Made by a program: the position numbers and the translations under genes. A DNA stretch of 64,000 nt from a virus. The notes below the pieces were generated by a model. That model was not told the origin of the DNA. It ran no database searches and was given only the letters and a program-made list of their open reading frames with translations. Shown here one piece after another: positions 46,044 through 58,800 of this stretch (positions within the stretch are counted from its first letter, which is position 1; each line of letters opens with the position of its first letter). The stretch is from IMG/VR virus record IMGVR_UViG_3300040801_003393, positions 1 to 64,000 of that record; one strand, written 5' to 3'.

Positions 46044-49034
46044 ATGGCTCAGGATAACCCAGGACAAACTTTAGGATTACCAAGATCGGCCCGCAATGAT
46101 AGAGGCGGAGTTCCTGCCGACAGCGGTCCATATATTGGTGTTGTAATGGATAACAAGGATGCGACAAGGACAGGTCGCGTGCGAGTTTGGCTCAAATCGC
46201 ACAGTGCTGATGATAAGAAAAACCCTGCACATTGGCGTGTCGTCCGCTACCTCTCGCCATTTTTTGGTTATACTCCTCACGATTTATTAACCGAAGCCGA
46301 ATCAAATTTTGAAAATAATAGTCATGCATATGGTATGTGGGCCACAGCACCAGATCTCGGTGTAGAAGTGTTGTGCTTTTTTGTCGACGGCGATCCAAAC
46401 AAAGGGTACTATATCGGGTATGTCCCTCAACCACAAATGAACCACATGGTTCCCGGTACCGGAGCGCAACCAAACCCTTCAGGAGTTATTTTTAATAATG
46501 CGACGCAAGAATCTGCATTTGCAAATGCATCTCAACTACCAACAGTTGAGATGGATCGATCAAAGGAAGGAATTGAAGATAGCAAGTTTGTAGAAAGACC
46601 AAAGCCAGTGCATTCGGTGGTGGCAGCTCAGATGTGGCAGGCCGGAACAATTACAGATAATACTCGCGGCCCAATAACATCGTCTGCTCAAAGAGAATCA
46701 CCTAGTTATACATACGGAATATCTACTCCTGGAAGACCAATATTACAATCAGGATTAACTGAAGCAACTATTAAATCTGCATTAGGCAATATTTCAACAA
46801 AAGACTTAGTTGTTCAAGGTCGACGTGGTGGCCATTCGTTTATAATGGATGATGGCACCCTCGAAGGCAAAGATGTATTAATGCGGTTAAGAACATCAAC
46901 TGGTCATCAAATTTTGCTAAGTGATGACGGTGCAGTAATACACATAATGCACGCCAATGGTCAGACCTGGATAGAGTTAGGTAATGAAGGAACAGTTGAT
47001 GTTTATGCAGCAAACTCTATCAATTTACGTTCTCAAGGCGAAGTAAACATTCATGCTGACAAAAATATTAATATGCACTCTGAGCAAGATATTAGATTCT
47101 ATGCTAAGCGTGATATTAAAATGGAAAGCGATAGTGAATTTAGTATTATTGGAAAGCAAAAACTAACATCATATAGTGAAAAAGCAATTGAGGTAAAGAG
47201 TGACGGAACATTAAAGACACAGTCCGCGGCAAAAACTTCAATTAAAGCTGGAGAAAATATTGTTCAAGAAGGTAAAGAAATAAGATTAAATTGCGAAGCA
47301 GCGGATGTTACCAAGAAGCCGGCGCTAATAGAAAAAAATAATTTCTTTGATACCGTTTTTGAATTGCCGACTGGATGGGTAGCAAAGCCTGTTATGTTAA
47401 AAACAATAACTAGTAGAGCCCCATCCCACGAGCCATATGCATATCATAATCAGGGTGTACCTGTTAAGGTAAAACTTGAAGGACCAACACCTCCCCCACC
47501 GGCCCCGCCAAAGACCGCGGCAAAAGTTGAAGCAGCGGCAGAAAAACCAGTGGTTAATCCAGTGACCACCGCAGAAGTGGTTAAACAAGGACAGGCATTA
47601 GGCGAGGTTAAAGAAATTGCCGGCATGGGGAAACAAGAAGTAGTGTCAATGATTGCTCAGCAAGCTAAGAATGTTAGTCAGCCTCTTGATGCAATAACTG
47701 ATAAAGGTATAGGAAAGTTTGGCATTAAGGCCGAGACATTAGAGTCGCTGGGGCTAATTAAACCCGGGTTAGCAGACTTGAAACAATTATCTGCGGCACA
47801 ATTACAGTCATTTTTAGATGATGCGTCGGTGTTTACTGGCAAAGATGGAATTAATTCATTACAAGATATTTTAACAAGCGAAAAGTTACAAGGCACAATT
47901 GTACAAAATGGAATGGAATTTGCATTTAACGAATTAAAAGCAACCGGCATATTAACCGGCCTCGAAAAAGTACAAGACATGGCAGGTATATTAAATGGAG
48001 CAATGAATGCTAGCCCAGGCGATTTAGTGGATTGGGTTAAAGGTAAGGCCAGTGGTGCGATCAATGAAGTATTAGATGTTGCTGCAAATGCTGGTCAGTT
48101 TGCAGCAAACTTAGCAGAAAAAGCCGGAGACTTAATTAACAATTCACTGTCGGGTGTACAGGCTATTGCGGCGTCGGCTTCTAAGTCAATACATGATCTA
48201 GTAGGAACCGTAGAGAGAGCAAACGTAGATGCGGCTGTTGACAACCTAATAAGCAATGCCAAGATTCCTTCCTTTGCAACAGTGTCTAAGACTATACAAA
48301 GTCAAATTAAGTTAGCATCGGGAGAAGTTATAGGTGCAATTGACGCCGCAGGCAATTTAGTAGACGCGGCTGGTAATATTGCTGTATCTGCGCAAAATAT
48401 AACAAACAACCTGACAGGAACATTAGAAAATCTAACAGGGAACTTAGCAGGTAGTCTTGATAATCTAACAGGGAACTTAATTGGAAATGTCACTGGCAAC
48501 TTAACCGATATAACGAATAGTTTAACTGGGAGTCTAACAGATTTAACTGGTAATCTAGGTAATATAACAGACCTAACCAGCAGTTTGTCTGGCGGCTTAA
48601 CAGGTATTACTGGCAGTTTGTCTGGCGGCTTAACAGGTATTACTGGATCTGCTGGGAATGTATTTGGTTCCTCTGAGGTGGGCAATTTACCAGTCGATTC
48701 GTCAAAGTTGCTTGGAACGACGGTTAGCGTGTCTGACGTCTATAGTCCAGGCGGCGAGTCCATCACACAATCGGAGCCTGCGGTGGCCTGGGCCGACCGA
48801 TCAGCCCCTGCAGATGGTTGCTATTGCTCTAATAGAAAATATTCAAATAAAGCCGAATGCAATGCCAACGGTCATACCTGGATATGCAATAATGGGCAAG
48901 ATAAATATTACTATGATGGACAAACCTGGTTGGCTAGTCAAGGTTATAATAATACAACATTTAGAGACCCAAGCAAAAAACCATTAACTAAACCAAAGAA
49001 TAGTAAAACATTTAGTTGGGCTTCAGAATTATGA
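46044..49034 (+). CDS. Baseplate central spike (T4 gp5/VgrG-like)
   Basis: GVVMDNKD..RTGRVRVW OB-fold start, PDLGVEVLCFF, GHSFIMDD, RTSTGHQILLSD, beta-helix repeats, RAPSHEPY; long C-terminal extension. Confidence 0.8.
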   Translation: MAQDNPGQTLGLPRSARNDRGGVPADSGPYIGVVMDNKDATRTGRVRVWLKSHSADDKKNPAHWRVVRYLSPFFGYTPHDLLTEAESNFENNSHAYGMWATAPDLGVEVLCFFVDGDPNKGYYIGYVPQPQMNHMVPGTGAQPNPSGVIFNNATQESAFANASQLPTVEMDRSKEGIEDSKFVERPKPVHSVVAAQMWQAGTITDNTRGPITSSAQRESPSYTYGISTPGRPILQSGLTEATIKSALGNISTKDLVVQGRRGGHSFIMDDGTLEGKDVLMRLRTSTGHQILLSDDGAVIHIMHANGQTWIELGNEGTVDVYAANSINLRSQGEVNIHADKNINMHSEQDIRFYAKRDIKMESDSEFSIIGKQKLTSYSEKAIEVKSDGTLKTQSAAKTSIKAGENIVQEGKEIRLNCEAADVTKKPALIEKNNFFDTVFELPTGWVAKPVMLKTITSRAPSHEPYAYHNQGVPVKVKLEGPTPPPPAPPKTAAKVEAAAEKPVVNPVTTAEVVKQGQALGEVKEIAGMGKQEVVSMIAQQAKNVSQPLDAITDKGIGKFGIKAETLESLGLIKPGLADLKQLSAAQLQSFLDDASVFTGKDGINSLQDILTSEKLQGTIVQNGMEFAFNELKATGILTGLEKVQDMAGILNGAMNASPGDLVDWVKGKASGAINEVLDVAANAGQFAANLAEKAGDLINNSLSGVQAIAASASKSIHDLVGTVERANVDAAVDNLISNAKIPSFATVSKTIQSQIKLASGEVIGAIDAAGNLVDAAGNIAVSAQNITNNLTGTLENLTGNLAGSLDNLTGNLIGNVTGNLTDITNSLTGSLTDLTGNLGNITDLTSSLSGGLTGITGSLSGGLTGITGSAGNVFGSSEVGNLPVDSSKLLGTTVSVSDVYSPGGESITQSEPAVAWADRSAPADGCYCSNRKYSNKAECNANGHTWICNNGQDKYYYDGQTWLASQGYNNTTFRDPSKKPLTKPKNSKTFSWASEL
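48581..48646 (+). repeat. Exact 33-nt tandem duplication (SLSGGLTGITG x2)
   Basis: CAGTTTGTCTGGCGGCTTAACAGGTATTACTGG occurs twice in tandem. Confidence 0.95.
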
Positions 49035-49408
49035 CAACATTTAAAGGATTTAATACCATTGGTCAATTTAAAAAGTTTGGGTTAACTGACTTTGATCTAA
49101 TTAAGCGTGATTTATTAAATGCATTCTTAATTCGTGAGGGCGAGGTTCCAGGACGGCCCGACCTTGGATCTAAAATTTGGAACTTTGTTTTTGAACCGCT
49201 TAATAGAGAAATACGCGATCAAATTGATAACGAAGTAAGACGTATCGTCGGGTCGGACCCACGTCTAGGTATTGATCGCTTAGATATATCAACTAACCAT
49301 AATACAGTCGTTGTAGAAGTAGCCGTAACTGTCCGACCGGAAATGAGTGCAGAACGACTCATTTTAGTTTTTGATCAAAATGTAGAGTCATTAAATATCT
49401 ACTCATAA
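49031..49408 (+). CDS. gp25: Baseplate wedge subunit (T4 gp25-like)
   Basis: FKGF...DLIKRDLLN...GE..GRPDLGSKIW..VFEP...DPR; ATGA overlap with the gp5-like gene. Confidence 0.85.
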   Translation: MTTFKGFNTIGQFKKFGLTDFDLIKRDLLNAFLIREGEVPGRPDLGSKIWNFVFEPLNREIRDQIDNEVRRIVGSDPRLGIDRLDISTNHNTVVVEVAVTVRPEMSAERLILVFDQNVESLNIYS

Positions 49409-49429
49409 ACTACCCAGTTAATTTATCTC

Positions 49430-49437
49430 CATAAATA
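49430..49437 (+). promoter_or_regulatory. Late promoter (CATAAATA)
   Basis: Upstream of the GAGG RBS of the gp6-like gene. Confidence 0.6.
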
Positions 49438-49455
49438 ATGCAACAGAGGTAAATT

Positions 49456-52400
49456 ATGGCTACTACGTCGAGGCAGACCAGTTTATTTGGTGTAGAAGAT
49501 TGGAAAAGAATTTATAAGACCTATAAAGAAGCAGATTTCCAATCGTATAATTTTGAAACATTACGCAAAACATTCATTGATTATTTGCGTCAGCACCACC
49601 CAGAAAGTTTTAACGACTATACTGAGAGCTCAGAATTTATTGCAATCTTAGATTTGATTGCATTTATGGGACAGTCGTTAAGTTTCCGTAATGATTTAAA
49701 TACCAGGGAAAACTTCTTAGATACAGCAGAACGCCGTGATTCTGTAACTCGTTTAGCGAAACTGGTAGGCTATACACCAAAACGCAATGAAGCAGCAAAT
49801 GGCTTTTTGAAAGTCGCAGCCATTTCTACGACCGAAAATATCGTAGACTATAACAGAAACCAGCTCGCAAATTCTGTCATACGTTGGAACGACAAGACCA
49901 ACGAAGATTGGCAGGAACAGTTTGCCACAGTATTAAACGCAGTATTAGTTAATAGCCAACGCATCGGTCAACCAGGCCGGTCGGCTACTATTGTTGGTGT
50001 CAAAACCGACGAATATCAGATAAGAATGGCCGAGGGCTTTTTACCAGTAATACCATTTAGCGCCACAGTTGATGGGGTTAGAATGGACTTTGAGGTAGTT
50101 AATGCTACATCAACTGGTAAAACATATTTGTATGAACCAGCACCGCGCACAAATGGTCCGTTGAACATTTTGTATCGAGACGACAAATTAGGTTTCAGTA
50201 GCCCCGACACAGGATTTTTCTTTCATTTTAAACAAGGACTATTGCAACGTCAAGATTTTACTTTATCGGATCGAATTGCTAATAGATCAGTTGACGTTAA
50301 CATTCCTGGTACAAACAACGAGGATGTTTGGCTGTATGAAATTGGTTCCGGCAGTAATACATTATGGACAGAAGTTGAAAGCATCTATTCGTCGCAGTCC
50401 TCTCAGACTGAAATTGATGATCGTAGATTTTATTCCATTACCAGTCGAACAGATGATCAAATTACATTAAACTTTGGAGATGGTGTATTTTCAACCATAC
50501 CGATCGGCACATTTAGATGTTATGCTAGATCATCCAATGGTTTAGAATATATTATTAACACCAGCGAAATACAGAATGTAGATATCGAAGTTCGATACAT
50601 TAGTAAACTTGGGAGAGCAGAAACCGCGACCTTTACTTTAGCATTAACCAACCCTGTCAGCAACGCGAAAAATAGAGAAAATTTAACCGATATTAAACGC
50701 CGAGCTCCTGCTAGATTCTATACACAGAATCGTATGGTAAATGGTGAGGATTATAACAATTTCCCATTCACAAACTATGGTAGTATTATTAAAAGCAAAG
50801 CAATTAACCGTGCAACCATTGGCACCAGCCGTTATCTTGACTTAATTGATCCAACTGGAAAATATTCAAGCATTAATACATTTGGTGCAGACGGTATGCT
50901 TTATCAGGACTTATCTGAATCGTCCTTTACATTTACCTTCAATGATCGTAATGATATACAGTCAGTAATTGTAAATCAGGTTGAGCCATTAATTAGTAAA
51001 AGAGGAACAATTCATTTTTACTATGATCAGTTCTCCCGGGTACCATTGGATACGTTAAGTATTTTCTGGAACCAGAGCACTACGTTTACAAACGAGACGA
51101 CCGGATATTTTAAAAATTCAGTAGGCACGCCATTGCCGATTGCTTCATTTGTCAACGATAACCGAAAGTATATTGTTAGTGGCGCGTTGGTTAAATTTGT
51201 ACCGCCAACTGGTTCTCACTTTAATGTCAATAATCGAATTGAACCCGGATTACCAGTGAAAGCAACGGATAAGTTGGAAATATGGGCAAGTGTTCTTGAC
51301 ATATATCTCGACGGAACAAACTTCGGTGTTGGTAACTTTGATGATGGGTCCGGCCCAATTAAACTTAATAACTTCGTACCGTCGGGTGCGGTTCCAATGG
51401 AAATTATTTTGCCTTATAAGACCGATTTACCAGCTTCGTTAGAACAAGATATGTTGGTAGAAATTGAGCTATATCGTAATTTGGGACTGGGGTACGATCA
51501 TATTAATAATGAATGGTACTTGATCACTCACGATAATATTGACCTTGATGGTGAGTTTAGTATAGTCAATGCTCGTGCAACAAACAATTTAAATAACGAT
51601 GCAAGTTGGCTAATTAAGTTTGAGTCAACCATTACAGGATATGTAGTAACTTCTAGAACACTTAACTACTATTTTGCTAGTGTATTAGAAACTAGATTTT
51701 TCTTCGAGGGTAATCGTAAAATTTACGATCCCAAGACAGGAAAAATAGTTAATGATTTTATTAAAATACTAAAAACAAATGCTGCGCCAGACGATAACCG
51801 ATCATTGAGTTCTGACATTGTATTAGATATAATTGATCAGAGTGTCGAGTCAGATGGATATATCAATGACTTCAACGTTGAGGTAAGTTTTACTGATAAT
51901 GATAGTGACGGCTTAGCAGATGATCCAGATTTCTTTAAGAAATTTGTAAACCCCGACGTTAATATAAATGACAAAAAAGTATTCTTCCAGTCAACAGTTG
52001 ACTTTGATAATCTCGAACGTTGGTTACCGGTGGCTCCAGGATCTATTAATTCAGAATACCCAACCGGCACAATTATAGGACAAGTAAAGACAGAGTATCC
52101 AGCTGGAACAGTGTTCTATGCATTTGAAGAAGATAAGTTTTATAGTTTAGATGTCAATGGAATTGCGCGAGAGGTTAACGAACGCTCGGACTATATTGCT
52201 CGGGTTGGCCGAGGGGACATACAGTTCCAGTATAGGCACAATGCGCCAGACTCAAGACGTATAAACCCTGGGGTTTCAAACATCATCGATGTATATGTTG
52301 TAACTTCCGCATATTATGAGGCTTATAGAAGATATATTCAGGATACAACAAATAGAGTTCAACAACCGGCAGCCCCAACAACTGATCAGCTAACAGTCGA

Positions 52401-52836
52401 GTTTGATGGGTTACAAGATTATCGTATGATCAGTGATAATATGATCTTAAATAGTGTTAAGTTTAAACCATTGTTTGGTGATAAGGCAGAACCTGCATTG
52501 CAGGCATTCATTAAAGTGGTAAAGTTACCTAACACGGTAATAAGCAACTCTGAGATAAAGAGTCAAATAATTTCGCATATGAATGACTATTTTGATATTA
52601 ATATTTGGGACTTTGGCGATACGTTTTATTTCTCCGAATTGTCAGCATACCTTCATAGCAAAATGGGTGACGCAATTGGGTCTGTTGTAATCATACCAAA
52701 AGATAGAACTCAACGATTTGGTAATTTATATGAAATAAAATCAGCACCCTATGAGATTTTTACTAATGCAGCAACAGTCAATGATGTTGAAATTATTGAT
52801 GCATTAACCGCAAGCAAACTACAAATTGGTAATTAA
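49456..52836 (+). CDS. gp6: Baseplate wedge subunit (T4 gp6-like)
   Basis: FNDYTESSE..ILDLIA, ENFLDTAERRDSV.RLAKLVGYTP, FGDG, IKRRAP..FYTQNRMVNGEDY motifs. Confidence 0.85.
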   Translation: MATTSRQTSLFGVEDWKRIYKTYKEADFQSYNFETLRKTFIDYLRQHHPESFNDYTESSEFIAILDLIAFMGQSLSFRNDLNTRENFLDTAERRDSVTRLAKLVGYTPKRNEAANGFLKVAAISTTENIVDYNRNQLANSVIRWNDKTNEDWQEQFATVLNAVLVNSQRIGQPGRSATIVGVKTDEYQIRMAEGFLPVIPFSATVDGVRMDFEVVNATSTGKTYLYEPAPRTNGPLNILYRDDKLGFSSPDTGFFFHFKQGLLQRQDFTLSDRIANRSVDVNIPGTNNEDVWLYEIGSGSNTLWTEVESIYSSQSSQTEIDDRRFYSITSRTDDQITLNFGDGVFSTIPIGTFRCYARSSNGLEYIINTSEIQNVDIEVRYISKLGRAETATFTLALTNPVSNAKNRENLTDIKRRAPARFYTQNRMVNGEDYNNFPFTNYGSIIKSKAINRATIGTSRYLDLIDPTGKYSSINTFGADGMLYQDLSESSFTFTFNDRNDIQSVIVNQVEPLISKRGTIHFYYDQFSRVPLDTLSIFWNQSTTFTNETTGYFKNSVGTPLPIASFVNDNRKYIVSGALVKFVPPTGSHFNVNNRIEPGLPVKATDKLEIWASVLDIYLDGTNFGVGNFDDGSGPIKLNNFVPSGAVPMEIILPYKTDLPASLEQDMLVEIELYRNLGLGYDHINNEWYLITHDNIDLDGEFSIVNARATNNLNNDASWLIKFESTITGYVVTSRTLNYYFASVLETRFFFEGNRKIYDPKTGKIVNDFIKILKTNAAPDDNRSLSSDIVLDIIDQSVESDGYINDFNVEVSFTDNDSDGLADDPDFFKKFVNPDVNINDKKVFFQSTVDFDNLERWLPVAPGSINSEYPTGTIIGQVKTEYPAGTVFYAFEEDKFYSLDVNGIAREVNERSDYIARVGRGDIQFQYRHNAPDSRRINPGVSNIIDVYVVTSAYYEAYRRYIQDTTNRVQQPAAPTTDQLTVEFDGLQDYRMISDNMILNSVKFKPLFGDKAEPALQAFIKVVKLPNTVISNSEIKSQIISHMNDYFDINIWDFGDTFYFSELSAYLHSKMGDAIGSVVIIPKDRTQRFGNLYEIKSAPYEIFTNAATVNDVEIIDALTASKLQIGN

Positions 52837-52841
52837 CGACT

Positions 52842-55800
52842 ATGGCAAGAATTCGAAGTGTAGATTTTCTACCAGAGATTTTTAAAACTACAACTAACAA
52901 AAAGTTTTTAGGTTCTACTCTTGATCAGTTAATACAAGAACCAAAACTAAAGGTAACACAAGGTTATATTGGCCGCAGGTCAGGCGCTGGGGTAGGGGTC
53001 AATGACACATATCTCATTGAGCCTACAGTCAGTCGGGAAAATTATCAGTTAGAGCCAGGTATTATTTTTAATGATAAGAATGGTGTTGCAGTTGATGCAT
53101 TAACTTATCCTGGGTTAGTTGACGGGTTGAACGTGCGTGGAGCATTAGTTAATAACCACAATAGATTATTCGAAGCAGAGACCTATTCGTGGGACCCGCT
53201 GTTTAACTTTGATAAATTTGTAAATTATAGTCAATATTATTGGCTACCGGAAGGTCCGTCGTCGGTTAACGTTCAAGCTGAAGAAGTATTGCTTGAAGAT
53301 GAGTTCGATGTCTCTCGGAATGATGGTGATAGTTCATACACCTTTTCCGGTAAAGCTGGTCAAAACCCAATTTTAACTTTAGTTCGTGGTGGAACGTATA
53401 CATTTAATGTAGGACAAACTGGCCATCCATTCTGGATACAAACTGAACCCGGATTGACGGGACATGTAAGTTGGGCGGAAAATATTTCTAGTAGAGAAAT
53501 ACTCGGGGTAGTAAACAACGGTGATGATAATGGTACTATAACATTTAATGTTCCATTGAGCAACGGACAAGATTTCTACGACACACTACTTGACCTAGGT
53601 CCTGTCGACTTAGCAACAATGGTTAAATTTAATGAAATTAACCGTAAGCCACTGGACGAAATCGTTTCAATTAACGAGATCGAAAACCTCGAAAATAAAA
53701 CTATTGTATTTGTTAACCCAACGGTCGGCGATGCAACTACCTTGGGTTGGGTAATCGAGGCATTACCAAATTATGCCGACTATAGTAATAGCGGAGATTT
53801 CAGCACCACAACCGTATTGACGTCGTTGTCAGAAAGATATCAGATTTTTAAAATTTTTATTGTATATGACAACTGGGGCGAAAACCCAATTATTAATTTG
53901 GTCCCTATTCAAACTGTAAATCAGTTTGAGAAGTTTACTATTCAATATGGACCAGTGTATAGTAATATCGGCTTTTATAAAAATTCCTCCGGTGTATTTG
54001 AACAAATTCCGAGAATAACTGCACCACTTGACCAACTATTCTACCAAGACGGCAACAATGAAGATATCTTTGGTGTTATTAACTTAGTTGACGCAAACGA
54101 ATCAGCTACTTTGTTTATTTCAGATATCATTGGAAATGATTCTTATACTAGCCCAAATGGCGTCGAGTTTACTAACGGTCTTAAAGTAAAATTTAGAGGC
54201 GATGTAGTTCCAGCAGAATATACCAACGAAGAGTATTATGTAGAAGGTGTAGGCACATCTATTAAGCTATTACCGGTAAGAGATTTTATTACGCCTGAGC
54301 CATATACTAAAAATGCATCAGATCCATTTGACTCGTTGCCATACGATTCCATTGCATATGATGGTAGTTTAAACTCACCGCTTGAAGAAGATTACTTAAC
54401 GATTAATAGAGCCAGTCAGGATCTGAACGCTTGGACTAGATCAAATCGTTGGTTCCATATTGATGTATTGCAAAAGTCGGCAGACTATAACAATGTAACA
54501 TTGGTTGTAGATCAGACTAGTAGAGCAAAGCGACCAATAATTGAATTCGAATCAAACTTGCAACTTTTTAACTTCGGCGCGGTTGCAAAAACACCCGTTA
54601 ATGTAATAGATACAAAAGAAGTAGATGCATTAAGTAACGTTCATGGTAGTCTGGGTTATGCAGTCGACGGATTTATTTTGTCCGAGGGCTCACGTATAAT
54701 CTTTGCAGCCGATACTGACCCGAATGTAAAAAATAAAATTTTTAATGTATCGTTTGAGGACCTGGACAATAGCGGAACAGAAACGTTAGTTTTAACGTTG
54801 GCCGAAGATGGCAACGTAGTTGAAGACGACGTAGTATTGGTTACCAGTGGATTAACGCAGCAAGGAAAAACATACCACTTTAGTAACAATCAGTGGGTAT
54901 TAGCACAGCAAAAGAATAGTGTAAACCAGCCACCGTTATTTGATATTTTTGACAACGACAATATTAGTTTCTCTGATATTTCAAAATACCAAGCATCAAC
55001 ATTTAAAGGAAGCAAACTTTTTAGTTATGCAATTGGTAACGGTTCAAACGATATTGTATTAGGGTTCCCACTACAGTATCTAAACATTGGCAACCTTGGC
55101 GATATTGTTTTTGAAAATAACTTGTATATAGATACATTTTTGTATGTTGAAAATTCAGTCAGCCAGGAACTTCCAATTAGCAGTGGATTTGTTAAGCAGT
55201 TCTCATCAGCAACAGAGTACAATTGGCGCATTGGTTGGACTAGATCTGCAGAAAGAATGTATGTCCCTCAAGTGTTTAACTTTACATATACCGGAGCACC
55301 ATTACAATTAGATGTAACACCAAGAACAGATTTAGAAGTCCCGTCTATTAAAATATTTGTTAACAACTCTTTTGTTCCGTCAACAGATTATGCAGTAACG
55401 ACGCATGACAGGGGAACGACGATTGCATTTAATGAAATTGTTGCTACAGATTCAAAAGTAGAGGTGCTAATTTACTCTGACGAGGTTAGCGACATCGGTT
55501 ACTATGAAGTGCCACGAAACCTGTCACAGAATATTTTTAATGAAAATACAGATAGGTTGACATTAGGAACAATTAGAAATCACTATAATAGCCTAGCACA
55601 AAATATTTTAAACCTAGTAGGAAATATCAACGGTGCTAATAACATTAGAGACCTAGGCAATGTTTCGAGTTACGGCGATATTATAATACAGCATGCCGCA
55701 CCGTTAGCATTGGCTGCTAAGTTTATTCGCACACGAGAGTACGACCTGTTTGAGGCAATTAAATTCAATGGTCGGTATTACGAAAAGTACAAGAATCAAT

Positions 55801-58800
55801 TATTAGATTGGGTGCAAAAAAACGATATTGCAGATCTTTCAATTGACGAAATTTTAGAACATGCAGTAGCAAATATTACGGCTGGTAAAACCCTCGACCA
55901 TGCATTTTATAATTCAGATATGTTACCAGCCGGCAATGATTACGACGTTGTAACCCATCAAATTACAGCGATCAGTACAGATACATTCGATATCATTAAT
56001 GTATATGATTTTACAAAGGCCAACTCGAAAGCCATATTAGTATATCTTAACGATACGCTGTTGGTTAAAGATCATGACTATATTGTAGCTGACGACGGCC
56101 CAAGGATAACACTATTAATCGACTCAAACATTGACGATATTTTGACAATAAAAGAGTACAGGGACACAGCTGGGTCAATGTTGCCTGCCACCCCAACCAA
56201 GTTGGGTTTGTATCCAAAGTATCTGCCAGAAAAGTTTGTAGACAATACATTCATTACACCAACTGAAGTTATTAGGGGTCACGACGGATCTATAACCGTT
56301 GCATTCGGTGACCTTAGAGATGACGTTTTGTTAGAATTTGAACGTCGCATATACAATAACATCAAGGTCAATGATAATATTCCGTTGTTATCTGATGATG
56401 TTATACCAGGACAGTATCGTAATACTGGTTATTCAGATATTGAAATAACAGAAATTCTGTCACCGTCATTCTTATCTTGGGTTGGTTGGAACCGACTTGA
56501 TTATAGGGAGCAAGACTATAGAGCAAATGATAGTCGCACCTGGAACTATAGCTCTTCGAGTAGCGTAATAGATGATTCTCTCTTAAAAGGTCATTGGCGT
56601 GGAGTATTCAAATATTTCTATGATACAGACGCTCCACATACACGACCATGGGAAATGTTAGGTTTAACTGAAGAGCCATCCTGGTGGGAAAATCAGTACG
56701 GTCCTGCACCATATACATCAGGCAACTTAGTTCTATGGGATGATCTAGAAGCTGGTATAATCCGGGACCCAAATGGAGAGTATATTGACGAAAGATATAT
56801 TCGTCCAGGACTAACAGATATAATTCCTGTCGACGGCGAAGGTAATTTACTAACGCCAATGGAAACGGTTGTTAAGACCTATTCGTCATACAACTTTAAA
56901 AAATCCTGGAGAATCGGCGATTTGGCACCAGTTGAGGCTGCCTGGAGACGTTCTTCATTATGGCCGTTCGCAGTACAACGATTGTTGGCCCTAACTAAGC
57001 CAGCACAATATTTTGCACTAATGGCTGACAGAGATCGTTACACATATAACGAGGAACTTCAGCAGTACCTATTAGATGGAAGATACCGTCTTGATTCTCG
57101 AGCAATCGAAGTATTAACATCGGATACTCCAAAACACAGTTACATTAACTGGATTATTGAATACAATAAACATTATGGTTATAACTCGGCTGACGAATTA
57201 GTTGAGAGTTTAAGTAACCTTGATGTTAACCTTTGCTATAGAATGGGCTCATTCACTGATAAGAATAGACTGAAGATTTTTACAGATAAGAGCTCGCCAG
57301 ATTCTACTAACAATAGTTTACTCCTACCAGATGAAAGCTATAACTTGTTACTGTATAGAAACCAACCATTTGACGAAATTATATATTCATCGGTTATTGT
57401 ACAAAGAGTTGAAGACGGATATTCAGTATTTGGTAACTCAACAACTGACCCGTATTTTAAAATAATGCAGAGCATTCCAAATGGAAACTTTAAAACTTTC
57501 CAAATTGGTCGAACAACAAAGTCAGCAACAACTATTAGAGTTCCGCAGGACTTTAGAGATTCTGTAGTTTACATTCCATACGGATACGTCTTCTCCAATA
57601 AGCACCAGGTAGTAGATTTCTTAGTAAGTTACGGTGAATACTTGTCTCGTGTTGGTGTCAAATTTAACAACAGTCAAGATACAGTAGATCTCGATTGGAC
57701 ACAAATGGCCAAGGAGTTTATATACTGGGTTGATCAGGGTTGGAGTATTGGAAGTGTTATTAACCTAAACCCAACAGCAGAATCATTGGAGTTTGAGCGA
57801 GAGTTAGCAATTGTTGATAGTTTACTTAATTTAGCAGTTAATGAGCAACCTCTCGATCAAAACAATATACCATTGGCGCCTGCTGATTATGTAATCGATC
57901 GACTTGAGAATAACTTTAAGTTGACGACACTCAATGATCGCATTTTAAGTTACCTAAATCTCCAGTTAACCAGCTTCGAACACTTGTTAATATTAGATAA
58001 CACAAGTATTTTCAATGATGTAATTTATTCGCCAGTGACCGGAGTCAGGCAGAACCGAGTTAAACTTGTTGGCTATACAGTTAACGAGTGGAACGGTCAA
58101 CTTGATGCGCAAGGATTTTTATTTAGTGACAATAAAATTGATGAATGGGTCTACACAAAATCCTATAGTAAAGGAAGCATTGTTAAGTTTAAGAATTCAT
58201 ATTGGACTGCAATAAAACCAATAAACCCATCGGAGATGTTTGATTACGACGCATGGGTTAAGATCGAGCCTAGCGATATATCAACTGGATTGTTATCTAA
58301 CCTAGCTACAAAGTCTGATCAAATGTTGCAATTCTATAACAATAAAACTGCAAACCTTGAATCAGATGCAGATTTGTTGGCATTAGGTTTAACTGGTTTT
58401 AGACCTCGTGAGTATATGTCATCATTGGATCTAGACGACATCTCGCAGGTAAACATCTATAGTGACTTAATAAAACAAAAAGGAACTTTAGACAGTTTAG
58501 GAATGTTTAAGAACATAACACTAAACGGAAACAAAACTGAATATAAGATTTTCGAAAACTGGGCAATACGTCGGGCACAATATGGTGCAACTGCGTCGCG
58601 AGCTTATTTTGAATTGCAACTAGACGAAGCGCAGCATAACGCAAATCCAACGTCAATTGCTATAGTAAATGGCCCAACTGAAGTAACAGATGCTGACCAG
58701 AAAGTTACTCTGAATCAGATTTACAAACAAAGTGTAAAGCATACCTCAAAAGATATTTTACCTTTGTTAACTGAAAAAGTTACAGACGTAAGTCTACCAT

